In this document: one piece after another, positions 10,395 through 20,669 of the stretch
How positions within the stretch are numbered: position 1 is the stretch's first letter
Layout: each line of letters begins with the position of its first letter
DNA from: Campylobacterota bacterium
GTDB taxonomy: Bacteria > Campylobacterota > Campylobacteria > Campylobacterales > Arcobacteraceae
DNA: 64,000 nucleotides
Reading direction: 5' to 3'
Assembly: GCA_051746405.1 (NCBI GenBank)
Contig: JBNJFB010000001.1
Coordinates: 1-64,000, forward strand
The notes under the pieces: generated by a model
Database searches by the model: none
The model's input: only the letters and a program-made list of their open reading frames with translations
What the model was told of the DNA's origin: nothing
Position numbers and translations under genes: made by a program

Positions 10395-11057
10395 TTAGGC
10401 AGAGTAATATCTGTCTATTTTATAGCCTAAACCTCGTATATTTTTTATAAAATCCTCTTTTAATGCTTTTTTTAATCTTGAAATTTCAGCTCTAATAGTA
10501 GGATTATCAATATTTTCACCATCCCATATATCAATTCTAAATCTTTCAAAGTCCACAATCATATTTATATTTAGTGCTAATATATGTATTATTTCAAGCT
10601 GTTTTTTTGTTAAGCTTTGTGGTTCACCATCAAAATATAGTGTCTGTTTATCTTTTGAATATGAGTAGTTTTCTGAAAATCGTACGTGTGAAGTGTTTGA
10701 TTGGTTTTTCCTTAGAATAAGATTGATTTTTATACCTAACTCTTCTAAATGAAAAGGTTTTTTTAAGTACTCTTTTGCACCAAGTTCATAAGCCTTTGCT
10801 ATATCTTCGATATCATTAAGAGCAGATATAAATATTGTAGGAATAAACACTTTTTTTTCATTTAAATCTTCTAATATTTCAAGACCTGTTTTACTTGGTA
10901 CGCTAATATCTAATATTAATAAATCATATGAGTTATCAATATTATCAATTGCATCTTGCCCATCTGTAAAACTCTCAACCATATGCCCAATATTTCTTAA
11001 ATATTCACACACTGCATTATTTAACATTAGTTCATCTTCAAGTAGTAGTATCTTCAT
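10395..11057 (-). CDS. OmpR-family response regulator
   Basis: LLLEDE, LLILD, KPF receiver; C-terminal wHTH ISRLKK...NIRGLGY. Confidence 0.92.
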   Translation of the reverse strand: MKILLLEDELMLNNAVCEYLRNIGHMVESFTDGQDAIDNIDNSYDLLILDISVPSKTGLEILEDLNEKKVFIPTIFISALNDIEDIAKAYELGAKEYLKKPFHLEELGIKINLILRKNQSNTSHVRFSENYSYSKDKQTLYFDGEPQSLTKKQLEIIHILALNINMIVDFERFRIDIWDGENIDNPTIRAEISRLKKALKEDFIKNIRGLGYKIDRYYSA

Positions 11058-12633
11058 TTATTTTAAACCTATAAGTAAATTTTGTCTCTTTCGTATTTGA
11101 GTCTAATTGGATTATAACATTATTTTTATCGGATATATCTTTAACAATTTTAAGTCCTAACCCAAAACCACCTCTTGCATCATTCTCTCTATAGAAATCA
11201 TCAAAAATTTTCTCTTTTTTCTCTATTTTTTTTGAGTTTGTAGAAACAGAAAACTCAACTTCATCACAGTTTGTATAGTTTAATTTTACAAAAATAGGTG
11301 ATTTTTGATATGAGTATTTTATTGCATTTGATAAGTTGTTGTCAATAACTCTTTGTAGTTCGGTTTTATTAAATTTGATATAGATGTCACTACTTATATT
11401 TTTTATAAAATACAAAGAGTTTGATATTGCAATCTCATTAAAAAATTCAATTCTATTATTTAAAATAGCTGAGAAGTCTAAATACTCTTTTTTATAGACT
11501 ACTCTATCTCTTTTTATTAAATATGATAAATCATCATAGATATATTGTATAATTTTAGCCCCCGATTCAATATGTGTAATATATTTGTTATTTGGGGTTT
11601 TCATTTTAAGAAGATCAATATTTGTTCTAATAATCGATAAAGGAGTATTTATCTCATGAACAGAGTTTTTTATAAATGTTTTTTGAGATTCAAGAAGCTT
11701 TGTTAGCTCCATTGTCTTTTCATCAACTTTATACTCAAGGTTTTTATTTAAATCCTCTAGCATATGAGTTTTTAGTTTTATATTATTCATAGCATCTGTT
11801 GCATAGTTTGCTATTATTTTAAACTCTCCAAAGATGATTCTATTTTGATTTATTGGTTCATCATTATTCTGTGATTCTTTAAAGTATCTACCTATCTCTT
11901 TGACATCATTTACAATTAAGATAGTTGCATTTTTATAAATAAATATGGAGTATAGTACAAGCATAATTGTCAAAGAAGTGATTTGTAGTGTATAATCTGA
12001 CATTTTTTGATTATACTCTTCATTTTTTTGTCTAATTAATTTATCTATTTCATCTAAATATACACCTTTACCAATGGTCCATTTTAAAGGTCCAAAAGAT
12101 TTAGCATATGATACTTTTGGTGCATTTTTATCCACTTCAGGTTTGTACCATATATAATCAACATATCCACCATAACTTTTTTTTGATGCTTTAATTAACT
12201 CTTGAATAACTTTTTTTCCATTTGTGTCTGTCATATCAATTCTATTCTCACCAACAGCATCTTTTTCTAGTGGATGATATATCAATTCTCCATCATAATT
12301 ATATATAAAAATATAATCACTAAGCTTATCACTTTTTTTCATAATCGCAATAGCCTCTAAAATCTCTTTTTTTATCTGCTGTTGACTTTTTTTATTTCTA
12401 TTTTTATTGTAGTAGTAATCAATAAAATTAATAGTAGATTGAATATCGTTTTTTAATAATCTCTTTTGGTTTTTTGTAAAGTCTTCTTTTAGTGTTTTGA
12501 TTTTGTCTTGTAACTCATTGTGGGCATTGTTTATAATAATAAAAGTGAAAAATGATATTAGTAACACAATGAATAAAATACTATAGACTATAAGATGATA
12601 TAAGCTTTTTGCTTTTAACATAGATTCTCTCAA
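11038..12633 (-). CDS. Cache-domain sensor histidine kinase
   Basis: TM - Cache (YIFIY, GGYVDYIWYKP, KVSY) - TM; HEINTPL H-box, NNLSNAIKY, GFGLGL. Confidence 0.9.
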   Translation of the reverse strand: MRESMLKAKSLYHLIVYSILFIVLLISFFTFIIINNAHNELQDKIKTLKEDFTKNQKRLLKNDIQSTINFIDYYYNKNRNKKSQQQIKKEILEAIAIMKKSDKLSDYIFIYNYDGELIYHPLEKDAVGENRIDMTDTNGKKVIQELIKASKKSYGGYVDYIWYKPEVDKNAPKVSYAKSFGPLKWTIGKGVYLDEIDKLIRQKNEEYNQKMSDYTLQITSLTIMLVLYSIFIYKNATILIVNDVKEIGRYFKESQNNDEPINQNRIIFGEFKIIANYATDAMNNIKLKTHMLEDLNKNLEYKVDEKTMELTKLLESQKTFIKNSVHEINTPLSIIRTNIDLLKMKTPNNKYITHIESGAKIIQYIYDDLSYLIKRDRVVYKKEYLDFSAILNNRIEFFNEIAISNSLYFIKNISSDIYIKFNKTELQRVIDNNLSNAIKYSYQKSPIFVKLNYTNCDEVEFSVSTNSKKIEKKEKIFDDFYRENDARGGFGLGLKIVKDISDKNNVIIQLDSNTKETKFTYRFKINEDTTT

Positions 12634-12713
12634 TAAATAATTTAGATTTAGGATATCAAAAAAAGACTAAAGAAATACTTTATAGCAAAGGTATATTTTA
12701 AGTATATAAACAG

Positions 12714-12790
12714 TGGCGCGGATGACGAGACTCGAACTCGCGACCTCCTGCGTGACAGGCAGGCATTCTAACCAACTAAACTACATCCGC
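12714..12790 (-). tRNA. tRNA-Asp(GTC)
   Basis: GCGGATG acceptor stem, CTGTCAC anticodon loop, GTTCGA, encoded CCA. Confidence 0.95.
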
Positions 12791-12801
12791 AATATTTAAA
12801 C

Positions 12802-12876
12802 TGGTGACCCCTAGGAGACTCGAACTCCTGTGATTGGAATGAAAATCCAAGATCCTAACCGCTAGATGAAGGGGCC
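12802..12876 (-). tRNA. tRNA-Glu(TTC)
   Basis: GGCCCCT stem, TTTTCAT anticodon loop, CCA. Confidence 0.93.
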
Positions 12877-12888
12877 AACAATAAAAAA

Positions 12889-12964
12889 TGGTGTTCGATA
12901 GTGGACTCGAACCACTGGCATCTACCTTGTAAGGGTAGCGCTCTACCAACTGAGCTAATCGAAC
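12889..12964 (-). tRNA. tRNA-Val(TAC)
   Basis: GTTCGAT stem, CTTACAA anticodon loop, CCA. Confidence 0.95.
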
Positions 12965-12971
12965 AAAAAAA

Positions 12972-13047
12972 TGGTGACCCGTGAAGGATTCGAACCTTCG
13001 GCCACCTCCTTAAAAGGGAGATGCTCTACCTGCTGAGCTAACGGGTC
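12972..13047 (-). tRNA. tRNA-Lys(TTT)
   Basis: GACCCGT stem, CTTTTAA anticodon loop, CCA. Confidence 0.95.
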
Positions 13048-13059
13048 AAAAATGAATAG

Positions 13060-13136
13060 TGGCGCGGATGACGAGACTCGAACTCGCGACCTCCTGCGTG
13101 ACAGGCAGGCATTCTAACCAACTAAACTACATCCGC
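13060..13136 (-). tRNA. tRNA-Asp(GTC)
   Basis: Identical to 12714-12790. Confidence 0.95.
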
Positions 13137-13147
13137 AATATTTAAAC

Positions 13148-13222
13148 TGGTGACCCCTAGGAGACTCGAACTCCTGTGATTGGAATGAAAATCCAAGATC
13201 CTAACCGCTAGATGAAGGGGCC
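13148..13222 (-). tRNA. tRNA-Glu(TTC)
   Basis: Identical to 12802-12876. Confidence 0.93.
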
Positions 13223-13234
13223 AACAATAAAAAA

Positions 13235-13310
13235 TGGTGTTCGATAGTGGACTCGAACCACTGGCATCTACCTTGTAAGGGTAGCGCTCTACCAACTGAG
13301 CTAATCGAAC
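13235..13310 (-). tRNA. tRNA-Val(TAC)
   Basis: Identical to 12889-12964. Confidence 0.95.
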
Positions 13311-13317
13311 AAAAAAA

Positions 13318-13393
13318 TGGTGACCCGTGAAGGATTCGAACCTTCGGCCACCTCCTTAAAAGGGAGATGCTCTACCTGCTGAGCTAACGGGTC
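13318..13393 (-). tRNA. tRNA-Lys(TTT)
   Basis: Identical to 12972-13047. Confidence 0.95.
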
Positions 13394-13431
13394 ATTACTA
13401 TTTCAAGAGGTTGTTCTCAAAATGGACTGGA

Positions 13432-13460
13432 ATTATAATAGGTTTTTTTTTATTTGTCAA
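13432..13460 (-). promoter_or_regulatory. Consensus sigma70 promoter of the tRNA operon
   Basis: Minus strand TTGACA (13460-13455) - 17 bp - TATAAT (13437-13432). Confidence 0.85.
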
Positions 13461-13959
13461 GACTTTTTTGAAGAAATTGTAAAATTTTTCTCAAAGAAGA
13501 GCTTGCAGCTTGTTCTTGTATTTCCATTCTATTTCCTTTGAAATGAAAAACTTCAATATCTTTATAATCTTTGTCATCACAAATACCTATTACTATAGTT
13601 CCAACTGGCTTATTTGTACTACCACCTTGTGGTCCTGCTATTCCTGAAATTGCTATTGCATAGTTAGAGTTCATTTTCTTTACTACACCTTGAAGCATCT
13701 CATCTACTGTTTGTGTAGAAACTGCACCATATTTGTTTAAAGTATCTTTTTTGACACCTAATTGACTACACTTTATTTCATTGCTGTAGCTTACTATTGA
13801 GCCTTTAAATATTTCAGATGAACCAGCTAGTTGAGTTAGTTTATTGGCAACTAAACCACCTGTACAAGACTCTGCTGTTGTTATTGTTTTACATTTACAT
13901 CTAAGTAAGTTTTGAAGTGTGATCATTTCATCATTAGTAAAGCTATTATTAAGTGTCAT
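13450..13959 (-). CDS. CinA C-terminal family / NMN deamidase (PncC-like)
   Basis: TAESCTGG, GAVS, ISGIAGPQGG..KPVGT. Confidence 0.9.
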   Translation of the reverse strand: MTLNNSFTNDEMITLQNLLRCKCKTITTAESCTGGLVANKLTQLAGSSEIFKGSIVSYSNEIKCSQLGVKKDTLNKYGAVSTQTVDEMLQGVVKKMNSNYAIAISGIAGPQGGSTNKPVGTIVIGICDDKDYKDIEVFHFKGNRMEIQEQAASSSLRKILQFLQKSLDK

Positions 13960-13991
13960 ATATAAGATACCTTTATTGTGTTTGTAGTTAA

Positions 13992-14020
13992 AATAGAAAA
14001 GGTAAGCTACCTTCTCTATT
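13992..14020 (-). terminator. Intrinsic terminator after mqo
   Basis: Minus strand aatagagaaggta-gct-taccttttctatt. Confidence 0.6.
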
Positions 14021-14036
14021 AAGTTTTTACTTTTTA

Positions 14037-15395
14037 CTACTCTTGTTCTGTAAAGTCAGCTAGGAACTCTTCTTGTTTAAACTCTTTGTTTAAATACTCA
14101 CAAATAGTTTTAATATCTCTTTCTGCATTACCTAAACATGAAGTTGCTCCAGGACTTGGTGTCATATTAAAGATTAAACCATTTCCTGGATTGATTGAAG
14201 CTTCACCTAGCATTAGTTTTTGTTCATCTTTGTCTAAAACTTGTGGTCTTACTCCACCAAACTCTTTTGCGTATTTAATATCATCTGTACTTAATGATGG
14301 CACAATTTTTTGAGCATCTTTTACAAATAGACCTTTATTTATTCCTGGAATCTCAAATAAGAAGTTTTTAAATACATAGTTTCTAATATCTTTATCTTTT
14401 AATAAATCCCAGAATATCTTAATAGTATTTCCATCTATATTCATTGTTTTTAAACATTGGAAAAACGATTTACCACCTTTATATCTTTCAAGAACTGGAA
14501 GTGCTAATGCAGTTGGTCCAAATCTAGTTTTTCCATCACACAAGATATCAGGGTCACCATGTAGTGCTGCAAATGGTAGTTTATCATTTTGAACCATATA
14601 AACTTTACCATTTAAATATGTATTATTAGTAATATAAAATGAACCAGCCATTGAAAGTGAACCCATTTGTTTACCATAGCCCATTTTATGTGCTAAGTAA
14701 AGTGAGTGTGCACCTGCATTTACTACTACAAAGTCAGCTGTATATACAGTACCATTTTTTGTAGTTATTTTATATTTGTCTCCAACTTTTTCTATATCAT
14801 CAGCTTCTGAGTTATAGTAAATATCAGTTGTTTTAGAATCATCAGCTTCTTGACCTGCTTTTGCTAACTCTCTTGTCATTTCACCATATTCAACTGTAGT
14901 GTATTCATCTCTTGCACCCATTGCCACAATTGGCTCTGGTCTCTCTTGAGTTTGCTCTTTATTTGCATAAACAACTTTTGGTTCTAACTCTTTTAGCTTC
15001 TCCTTATCCCATAACTCTAAGTATGGAAAAATCTCTTTGAATTTTTCATATCTTTCAGTGATAAATTTTACTTCATCTTCACCTACACCTAATGCCATTT
15101 TTTGATGTTTGAACATAATCTTGTCTTGTAAATTATACATTAAACAAAATTTTTCAATCATCTTAGCTGTTCTTTTTGTGATTTTTGCTTTATCAAATGT
15201 ATAGTTTGTTTCAATATCACCAACATGAATCGTTTGTGAGTTACTTGTACCTTTTGAGTTTAAAGTAGCAAGATCTTCATACTTTTCTAACATACATATA
15301 CTGTTGACATTAGAATATTTAGCAAGCTCAAAAAATAGTGCTGCACCAGAGATTCCTCCACCAACTATTGCGACTTCATAATGTTTCTCATTCAT
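14037..15395 (-). CDS. mqo: Malate:quinone oxidoreductase, Campylobacterota type (start moved to MNEKHY)
   Basis: VGGGISG FAD motif, NSQTIHVGDIETNY, LPFAALHGDPD, FNMTPSPGATSCL; AGGA RBS before ATG at 15395. Confidence 0.85.
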   Translation of the reverse strand: MNEKHYEVAIVGGGISGAALFFELAKYSNVNSICMLEKYEDLATLNSKGTSNSQTIHVGDIETNYTFDKAKITKRTAKMIEKFCLMYNLQDKIMFKHQKMALGVGEDEVKFITERYEKFKEIFPYLELWDKEKLKELEPKVVYANKEQTQERPEPIVAMGARDEYTTVEYGEMTRELAKAGQEADDSKTTDIYYNSEADDIEKVGDKYKITTKNGTVYTADFVVVNAGAHSLYLAHKMGYGKQMGSLSMAGSFYITNNTYLNGKVYMVQNDKLPFAALHGDPDILCDGKTRFGPTALALPVLERYKGGKSFFQCLKTMNIDGNTIKIFWDLLKDKDIRNYVFKNFLFEIPGINKGLFVKDAQKIVPSLSTDDIKYAKEFGGVRPQVLDKDEQKLMLGEASINPGNGLIFNMTPSPGATSCLGNAERDIKTICEYLNKEFKQEEFLADFTEQE

Positions 15396-15540
15396 ATTAT
15401 TGTTCCTATCTTTTTGCGAAATATGCTTGGAGTATACCACATCAAAGTTATAAAAATGTTAAAAAAAGATGATGTTGTGCAAATTGACAATAAAATATAG
15501 AGTTTCGTAACAGCATAAGTATTATTTACGATAAAAAGTC

Positions 15541-15557
15541 TGTACAATTATTGTACA
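15541..15557. promoter_or_regulatory. 17-bp palindrome TGTACAA-N3-TTGTACA between the divergent mqo and ileS genes
   Basis: tgtacaattattgtaca; matches 401-417. Confidence 0.45.
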
Positions 15558-15686
15558 AACAGACTCTATTTTAGAATATATGTAGATTATCTTTTATATA
15601 GCTAATTAAGTTTTTAATAACAATAAGATATAATCTTAGCTTTTAATATTAATTATATAATAACTTGATAACCAAAGGTTAATAAA

Positions 15687-18416
15687 ATGGATTATAAAGA
15701 TAGCTTACTACTACCAAAAACTAAGTTCCCTATGAGGGGTAATTTACCTCAAAATGAACCAAAGAAGTACAAGCTTTGGGATGAACAAAATGTTTATGAC
15801 AGAATGAAAAAAAATAGAGAAGATGCACCTTCATTTACACTACATGATGGACCACCATATGCAAATGGACATATACATATAGGACATGCATTAAATAAAA
15901 TTCTAAAAGATATTATTGTTAAATTTCACTATTTTGATGGAAAAAGTGTTAGATATGTTCCAGGTTGGGATTGTCATGGTCTTCCAATTGAACAAAAGGT
16001 TGAAGAGAAAATTGGTAATACTAAGAAAAAAGAGTTACCAAAATCAAAAATTAGAGAGTTATGTAGAAATCATGCTAGCAGATTTGTTGATATTCAAAAA
16101 GAAGAGTTTAAAAGACTTGGAGTAATTGGTGATTGGGAGAATCCATATTTAACAATGGATTACAAGTTTGAAGCAAATATTTACAGAGAGTTATGTGCTA
16201 TTGCTAATAAAGGTTTATTGGTTCAAAGAAGTAAACCTGTATATTGGTCATGGGCAGCTCAAACAGCATTAGCAGAAGCTGAAGTTGAGTATGAAGATAA
16301 AACTTCACCATCAATATATGTGGCTTTTAAGCATGAGAAATTAGATGCAAGCTTGATTATTTGGACTACTACTCCGTGGACAATTCCTTCAAATACAGGT
16401 ATTGCTTTAAATGGTGAAGAGAAATATGTACAAACATCTGATAAGTTTATTGTAGCAAAAGAGTTGTATGAATCATTAAAAGAACAAGAGATTATAAAAG
16501 GTGATATATTAAATGAGATTTCACCACAAGAGTTAGAGAATAGTTTTGCCATTAACCCATTAAATGAAAGAAAGTCAAAAATTGTTTTAGGTGACCATGT
16601 GGAAATGGATGCAGGTACAGGTTGTGTACATACTGCACCTGGTCATGGTGAAGATGACTATAAAGTTGGTTTAACATACAACCTTGAAGTTTTAATGCCT
16701 GTTGATGCATATGGGAAATATGATGAAACAATAGTAAGAGAGAAGTTATTTAAAGATACAGATAAATACCTTGGACTTCATGTATTTAAAGCAAATGAGT
16801 TAATTTTAGAAGAGTTAGGTGATTCATTATTAAGTAGAGTTGATATAAGACACTCATATCCACACTGTTGGAGGACTCATAAGCCAATTATCTTTAGAGC
16901 TACAAAACAGTGGTTTATTGCTATTGATGATGAGTATGGAAAAGAGAATAAAACATTAAGGCAAAATGCACTTGATGTTGTTGAAAACCTAACTTTCTAT
17001 CCGCAGTGGGGAAGAAATAGATTAAAATCAATGTTAGATGGAAGACCTGATTGGTGTATTTCTAGACAAAGAGACTGGGGTGTTCCTATTGCATTTTTCA
17101 CAAATAAGAAAACAGGTGAGATTATTTTTGATGAGAAAGTATTAAACTTTGTTGCTATGATTTTTGAACAAAAAGGTTGTGATGCTTGGTATGATTTACC
17201 AATAGAGGAGTTACTATACCCAGGAAGTGGATATAACCCAGAAGATTTAGAAAAAACTATGGATATTTTAGATGTTTGGTTTGATAGTGGTTCAACACAA
17301 AATGCTGTTTTAAGAAGTAGAAACTATGATGCAGGTAGTTTTCCTGCTGATATGTATTTAGAAGGAAGTGATCAACATAGAGGTTGGTTCCAATCTTCAC
17401 TTTTAACCACATTAGCTTCAAGTGAAATGGCACCTTATAAATCTATATTGACCCATGGATTCACTGTTGATGAAAAAGGTGAAAAGATGTCAAAATCAAA
17501 AGGAAACGTAATTGCACCTGAAAAGGTTATGAAACAGTACGGTTCTGAGATTTTAAGACTTTGGGTTGCTATGAGTGATTATCAAAGTGATTTAAAAATA
17601 TCTGATAATATTCTAAAACAGAATGCAGAGTTATATAGAAAAATTAGAAATACATCTAGATTTTTACTTGCAAATGTTAATGATTTAGAAGAGATTATTG
17701 ATGTTGAAAAGATGAATAAAATTGATAAATGGATTTTAGCAAAGGCTAAAAATGTATTTGATGAGATTGAAGCTGCATTTAATATTTATGAATTTTCAAA
17801 GGGATTAAATAAACTAAACAATTTTTTAGTAGTTGATTTTTCAGGTATTTATTTAGATATATGTAAAGATAGATTGTACTGTAATAGTAAAGATGATATA
17901 AATAGATTATCAAGTCAAAGTGCAATGGCAATGATAGCTAAGAAGTTAGTTTCATCATTAGCTTGTATTTTAACTTATACTATGGATGAGTTACTTGAAA
18001 ATGCACCTGCTTGTATAAAAGGTAACTGTCAAGATGTTTTTGATTATAATAAATATAATCTTCCTGAGGTAAAGAGTGAAATAAATGAAGAGCTTTTATT
18101 AGAAGCTAAAGAAAAATTAGCTGAAATAAAAGACTCTTTAAGTAAAGAGAAAGTTATTAAATCAACACTAGAACTAAGTATTTATACTAATTGTGAAGAG
18201 TTATTAAGCTTAGGTGAAACTCAAGCAGCTGACTGGTTGCTTGTAAGTTCGATTACACAAAATAAACAAAACTCAGATATACTTGGAGAGTTTGAAATTG
18301 AAAACTTTAAATTTGAAGTATTTAAATCAAATGAATACAAATGTCCTAGATGTTGGAAATTCACATCTAAACAAGAAGAGACACTTTGTTGTAGATGTGA
18401 AGAAGTTGTAAAATAG
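15687..18416 (+). CDS. ileS: Isoleucine-tRNA ligase
   Basis: [27 protein letters not shown]-terminal CPRCW Zn finger. Confidence 0.98.
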   Translation: MDYKDSLLLPKTKFPMRGNLPQNEPKKYKLWDEQNVYDRMKKNREDAPSFTLHDGPPYANGHIHIGHALNKILKDIIVKFHYFDGKSVRYVPGWDCHGLPIEQKVEEKIGNTKKKELPKSKIRELCRNHASRFVDIQKEEFKRLGVIGDWENPYLTMDYKFEANIYRELCAIANKGLLVQRSKPVYWSWAAQTALAEAEVEYEDKTSPSIYVAFKHEKLDASLIIWTTTPWTIPSNTGIALNGEEKYVQTSDKFIVAKELYESLKEQEIIKGDILNEISPQELENSFAINPLNERKSKIVLGDHVEMDAGTGCVHTAPGHGEDDYKVGLTYNLEVLMPVDAYGKYDETIVREKLFKDTDKYLGLHVFKANELILEELGDSLLSRVDIRHSYPHCWRTHKPIIFRATKQWFIAIDDEYGKENKTLRQNALDVVENLTFYPQWGRNRLKSMLDGRPDWCISRQRDWGVPIAFFTNKKTGEIIFDEKVLNFVAMIFEQKGCDAWYDLPIEELLYPGSGYNPEDLEKTMDILDVWFDSGSTQNAVLRSRNYDAGSFPADMYLEGSDQHRGWFQSSLLTTLASSEMAPYKSILTHGFTVDEKGEKMSKSKGNVIAPEKVMKQYGSEILRLWVAMSDYQSDLKISDNILKQNAELYRKIRNTSRFLLANVNDLEEIIDVEKMNKIDKWILAKAKNVFDEIEAAFNIYEFSKGLNKLNNFLVVDFSGIYLDICKDRLYCNSKDDINRLSSQSAMAMIAKKLVSSLACILTYTMDELLENAPACIKGNCQDVFDYNKYNLPEVKSEINEELLLEAKEKLAEIKDSLSKEKVIKSTLELSIYTNCEELLSLGETQAADWLLVSSITQNKQNSDILGEFEIENFKFEVFKSNEYKCPRCWKFTSKQEETLCCRCEEVVK

Positions 18417-18423
18417 GAAGATA

Positions 18424-18537
18424 ATGTTTCAAGAAGAAGTAACATTAACAATAATAATTCAAACAGTTGTAGTTTTATCAATATTAATTGCAGTTGGGAT
18501 ATTTTTTGTTAAAAGATATGAAAAAAAAGGTGACTAA
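18424..18537 (+). CDS. Small single-TM membrane protein, 37 aa (not in the ORF track)
   Basis: MFQEEVTLTIIIQTVVVLSILIAVGIFFVKRYEKKGD; AGGA RBS; fills the ileS-nifU gap. Confidence 0.7.
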   Translation: MFQEEVTLTIIIQTVVVLSILIAVGIFFVKRYEKKGD

Positions 18538-18539
18538 TT

Positions 18540-18818
18540 ATGATGCCATTTACTGATGAGGATTTAAAGCCTCCAGTTAGTTCAATAATAGAAAAAAAAG
18601 TCGCACCTATGTTAGCAAAAGATGGAGGAGCTATTGAGCTTCTTGATATAAAAGATGCTAAAGTTTATGTACAGCTACAAGGTGCATGTGTTGGATGTAG
18701 TGCTAGTTCTAGTACGTTAAAATTTGTTGTGGAAAAAGAGTTAAAAGCAGCGATACATCCCCAGTTGGAAATAGTAAATGTACCACAAGGTATGGAGAAT
18801 AGATTAGAGGAACTTTAA
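18540..18818 (+). CDS. NifU/NfuA-like Fe-S carrier
   Basis: DGGAIEL, LQGACVGC. Confidence 0.9.
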   Translation: MMPFTDEDLKPPVSSIIEKKVAPMLAKDGGAIELLDIKDAKVYVQLQGACVGCSASSSTLKFVVEKELKAAIHPQLEIVNVPQGMENRLEEL

Positions 18819-19411
18819 TGATAAATGAAGATAGGTTATTAAATGAAGCAAATAGCTTTTTTTTAGAAAAAAAGTTTGATAAAGCTTTATTTCTCTATTC
18901 ACAATTATCTTCAGACTTTCCACAAAAGAAAGAGTATCCTGTATATGCTCTTTTTTGTGATATTGCATCAGAGGATGAAGAGAAAGCTTTATCTTTATTT
19001 GATTATTTTACAATTGAAAAAGAAGAGAATATTGATGAGGCTATTAAGTATGTTGAAGATATTGTAAATGCATATGATGGTGACATTGATAAGATGATGG
19101 ATTTACTAAAAGATTTGACACAAAATACAGTTGACTCTTTAGATGCAATAAAGTATGAAGATTTTAAAATATTAATAAAATCAAGGGGCTCTTTTAGGCA
19201 AGCATTTGAGGATATTATGTTTTCTACGAAAGTTGCCATTGAAAGTAAAGATGATTTTTTTGATTTTGTATCTAGACTTATAGAGAATGATTTTAATAGT
19301 ACAGCTTATTCATATTTAGATGGCTTTAATGATTACTTTTCTTATGATGAGAAGATTGAGCAACTATATAAAAAATTAGAAGAGAAGAAACTTGCAAATA
19401 ACCATAAATAA
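18818..19411 (+). CDS. Conserved hypothetical protein (TPR-like N-terminus) upstream of murE
   Basis: Helical acidic protein with FRQAFEDIMFSTKV; overlaps both neighbours. Confidence 0.7.
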   Translation: MINEDRLLNEANSFFLEKKFDKALFLYSQLSSDFPQKKEYPVYALFCDIASEDEEKALSLFDYFTIEKEENIDEAIKYVEDIVNAYDGDIDKMMDLLKDLTQNTVDSLDAIKYEDFKILIKSRGSFRQAFEDIMFSTKVAIESKDDFFDFVSRLIENDFNSTAYSYLDGFNDYFSYDEKIEQLYKKLEEKKLANNHK

Positions 19412-20669
19412 TAAAATATTTACAGATAATTCAAAAGAGGCTACAAAAGGCAAATATTTTGTAGTTTCAAAGCAAAATAGAGAGTTTAAAGAAGATGCAA
19501 TAGCAAATGGATGTGAAAATATAATTCAAGCAAACGATTTAAAAAACTATTTAGATATGAGTAGTATCAAAGTTATTGGTATTACAGGAACTAATGGTAA
19601 AACAACCACAGCAGCTGCTATATACTCTATACTTTTAGATTTGGGATATAAAGTTGCACTACAAGGTACAAGGGGCTTTTTTATAAATGATGAAAAAGTT
19701 GAAAGTTACTCATTAACAACTCCTGTACAGCTTGGAAATTTTGCTCATATACAAAAAGCTATACAAAATAGTTGTGACTTTTTTGTGATGGAAGTTAGCT
19801 CCCATGCAATAGAACAAAAAAGAGTTGAGGGCTTAGAGTTTGAACTAAAAATTCATACAAATATTACAAGGGATCATTTAGATTATCATAAAACAATTCA
19901 AGAGTATATAGATGTAAAAAACTCTTTTTTTAGTGATGATTGTAAAAAACTTATAAATAAAGATGACCCTGTAGTTAAGTTTAATACAAAAAATGCACTA
20001 ACTTATGCCTTAGAAACTCCAGCAACATATAAAGTAGGGGCATACTCTTTTAAAAATGGAATGCATACGATGTTTTCATTTATAGATAAAATGCACTCAT
20101 ATTCATCTACTATGATGGGAATATTCAATGTATATAATTTAACTGCAGCAGTAGCTAGTGTACATATGGTAACTAATAGAGACTTAGATGAAATTTGTCA
20201 AGCAGTTGAAGGTTTTGCAGGAGTTGCAGGTAGAATGGAAGTGGTAAGTGATAACCCACTTGTTATAGTAGATTTTGCCCATACTCCTGATGGAATGAAA
20301 GAAGTACTTCAAAGTTTTAATACCAAAGATATTATCTGTGTATTTGGTGCAGGTGGCAATAGGGATAATGAAAAAAGACCTATTATGGGTAGTATTGCTG
20401 CAAAATATTCAAAACATATAGTTGTAACTTCCGATAATCCTAGATTTGAGGACCCAGATTTAATTATTGAAGATATACTAAAGGGTATAAAAAATCATCA
20501 AAGTGTAATAGTTGATGTCAATAGAAAAACTGCTATTAAAAAGGCGATGGAAATGGCTACTAAAAATAGTGTGGTTTTAGTATTAGGAAAGGGTGATGAA
20601 CCTACTCAAACTATATATGACAAGAAACTGCCATTTTCTGATAAAGAGGAGATTTTAAAGTATATTTAA
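19392..20669 (+). CDS. murE: UDP-MurNAc-tripeptide synthetase (meso-DAP ligase)
   Basis: GITGTNGKTT, MEVSSH, DHLDYH, DFAHTPD, DNPR. Confidence 0.95.
   Translation: MQITINNKIFTDNSKEATKGKYFVVSKQNREFKEDAIANGCENIIQANDLKNYLDMSSIKVIGITGTNGKTTTAAAIYSILLDLGYKVALQGTRGFFINDEKVESYSLTTPVQLGNFAHIQKAIQNSCDFFVMEVSSHAIEQKRVEGLEFELKIHTNITRDHLDYHKTIQEYIDVKNSFFSDDCKKLINKDDPVVKFNTKNALTYALETPATYKVGAYSFKNGMHTMFSFIDKMHSYSSTMMGIFNVYNLTAAVASVHMVTNRDLDEICQAVEGFAGVAGRMEVVSDNPLVIVDFAHTPDGMKEVLQSFNTKDIICVFGAGGNRDNEKRPIMGSIAAKYSKHIVVTSDNPRFEDPDLIIEDILKGIKNHQSVIVDVNRKTAIKKAMEMATKNSVVLVLGKGDEPTQTIYDKKLPFSDKEEILKYI

Larger units (their letters stand above)
12712..13393. repeat. Exact tandem duplication (346-bp period) of a four-tRNA block
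   Basis: 12712-13047 and 13058-13393 read as identical, including the spacers. Confidence 0.92.

Noticed and set aside
12712..13393. Repeated block as a CRISPR array or prophage att site
   Set aside because: The repeats are complete tRNA genes with CCA ends; there are no unique spacers, no cas genes, no integrase and no partial tRNA copy.
19392..20669. Short MurE N-terminus as a truncation
   Set aside because: All catalytic motifs are intact, and a reduced N-terminal domain is usual for Campylobacterota MurE.
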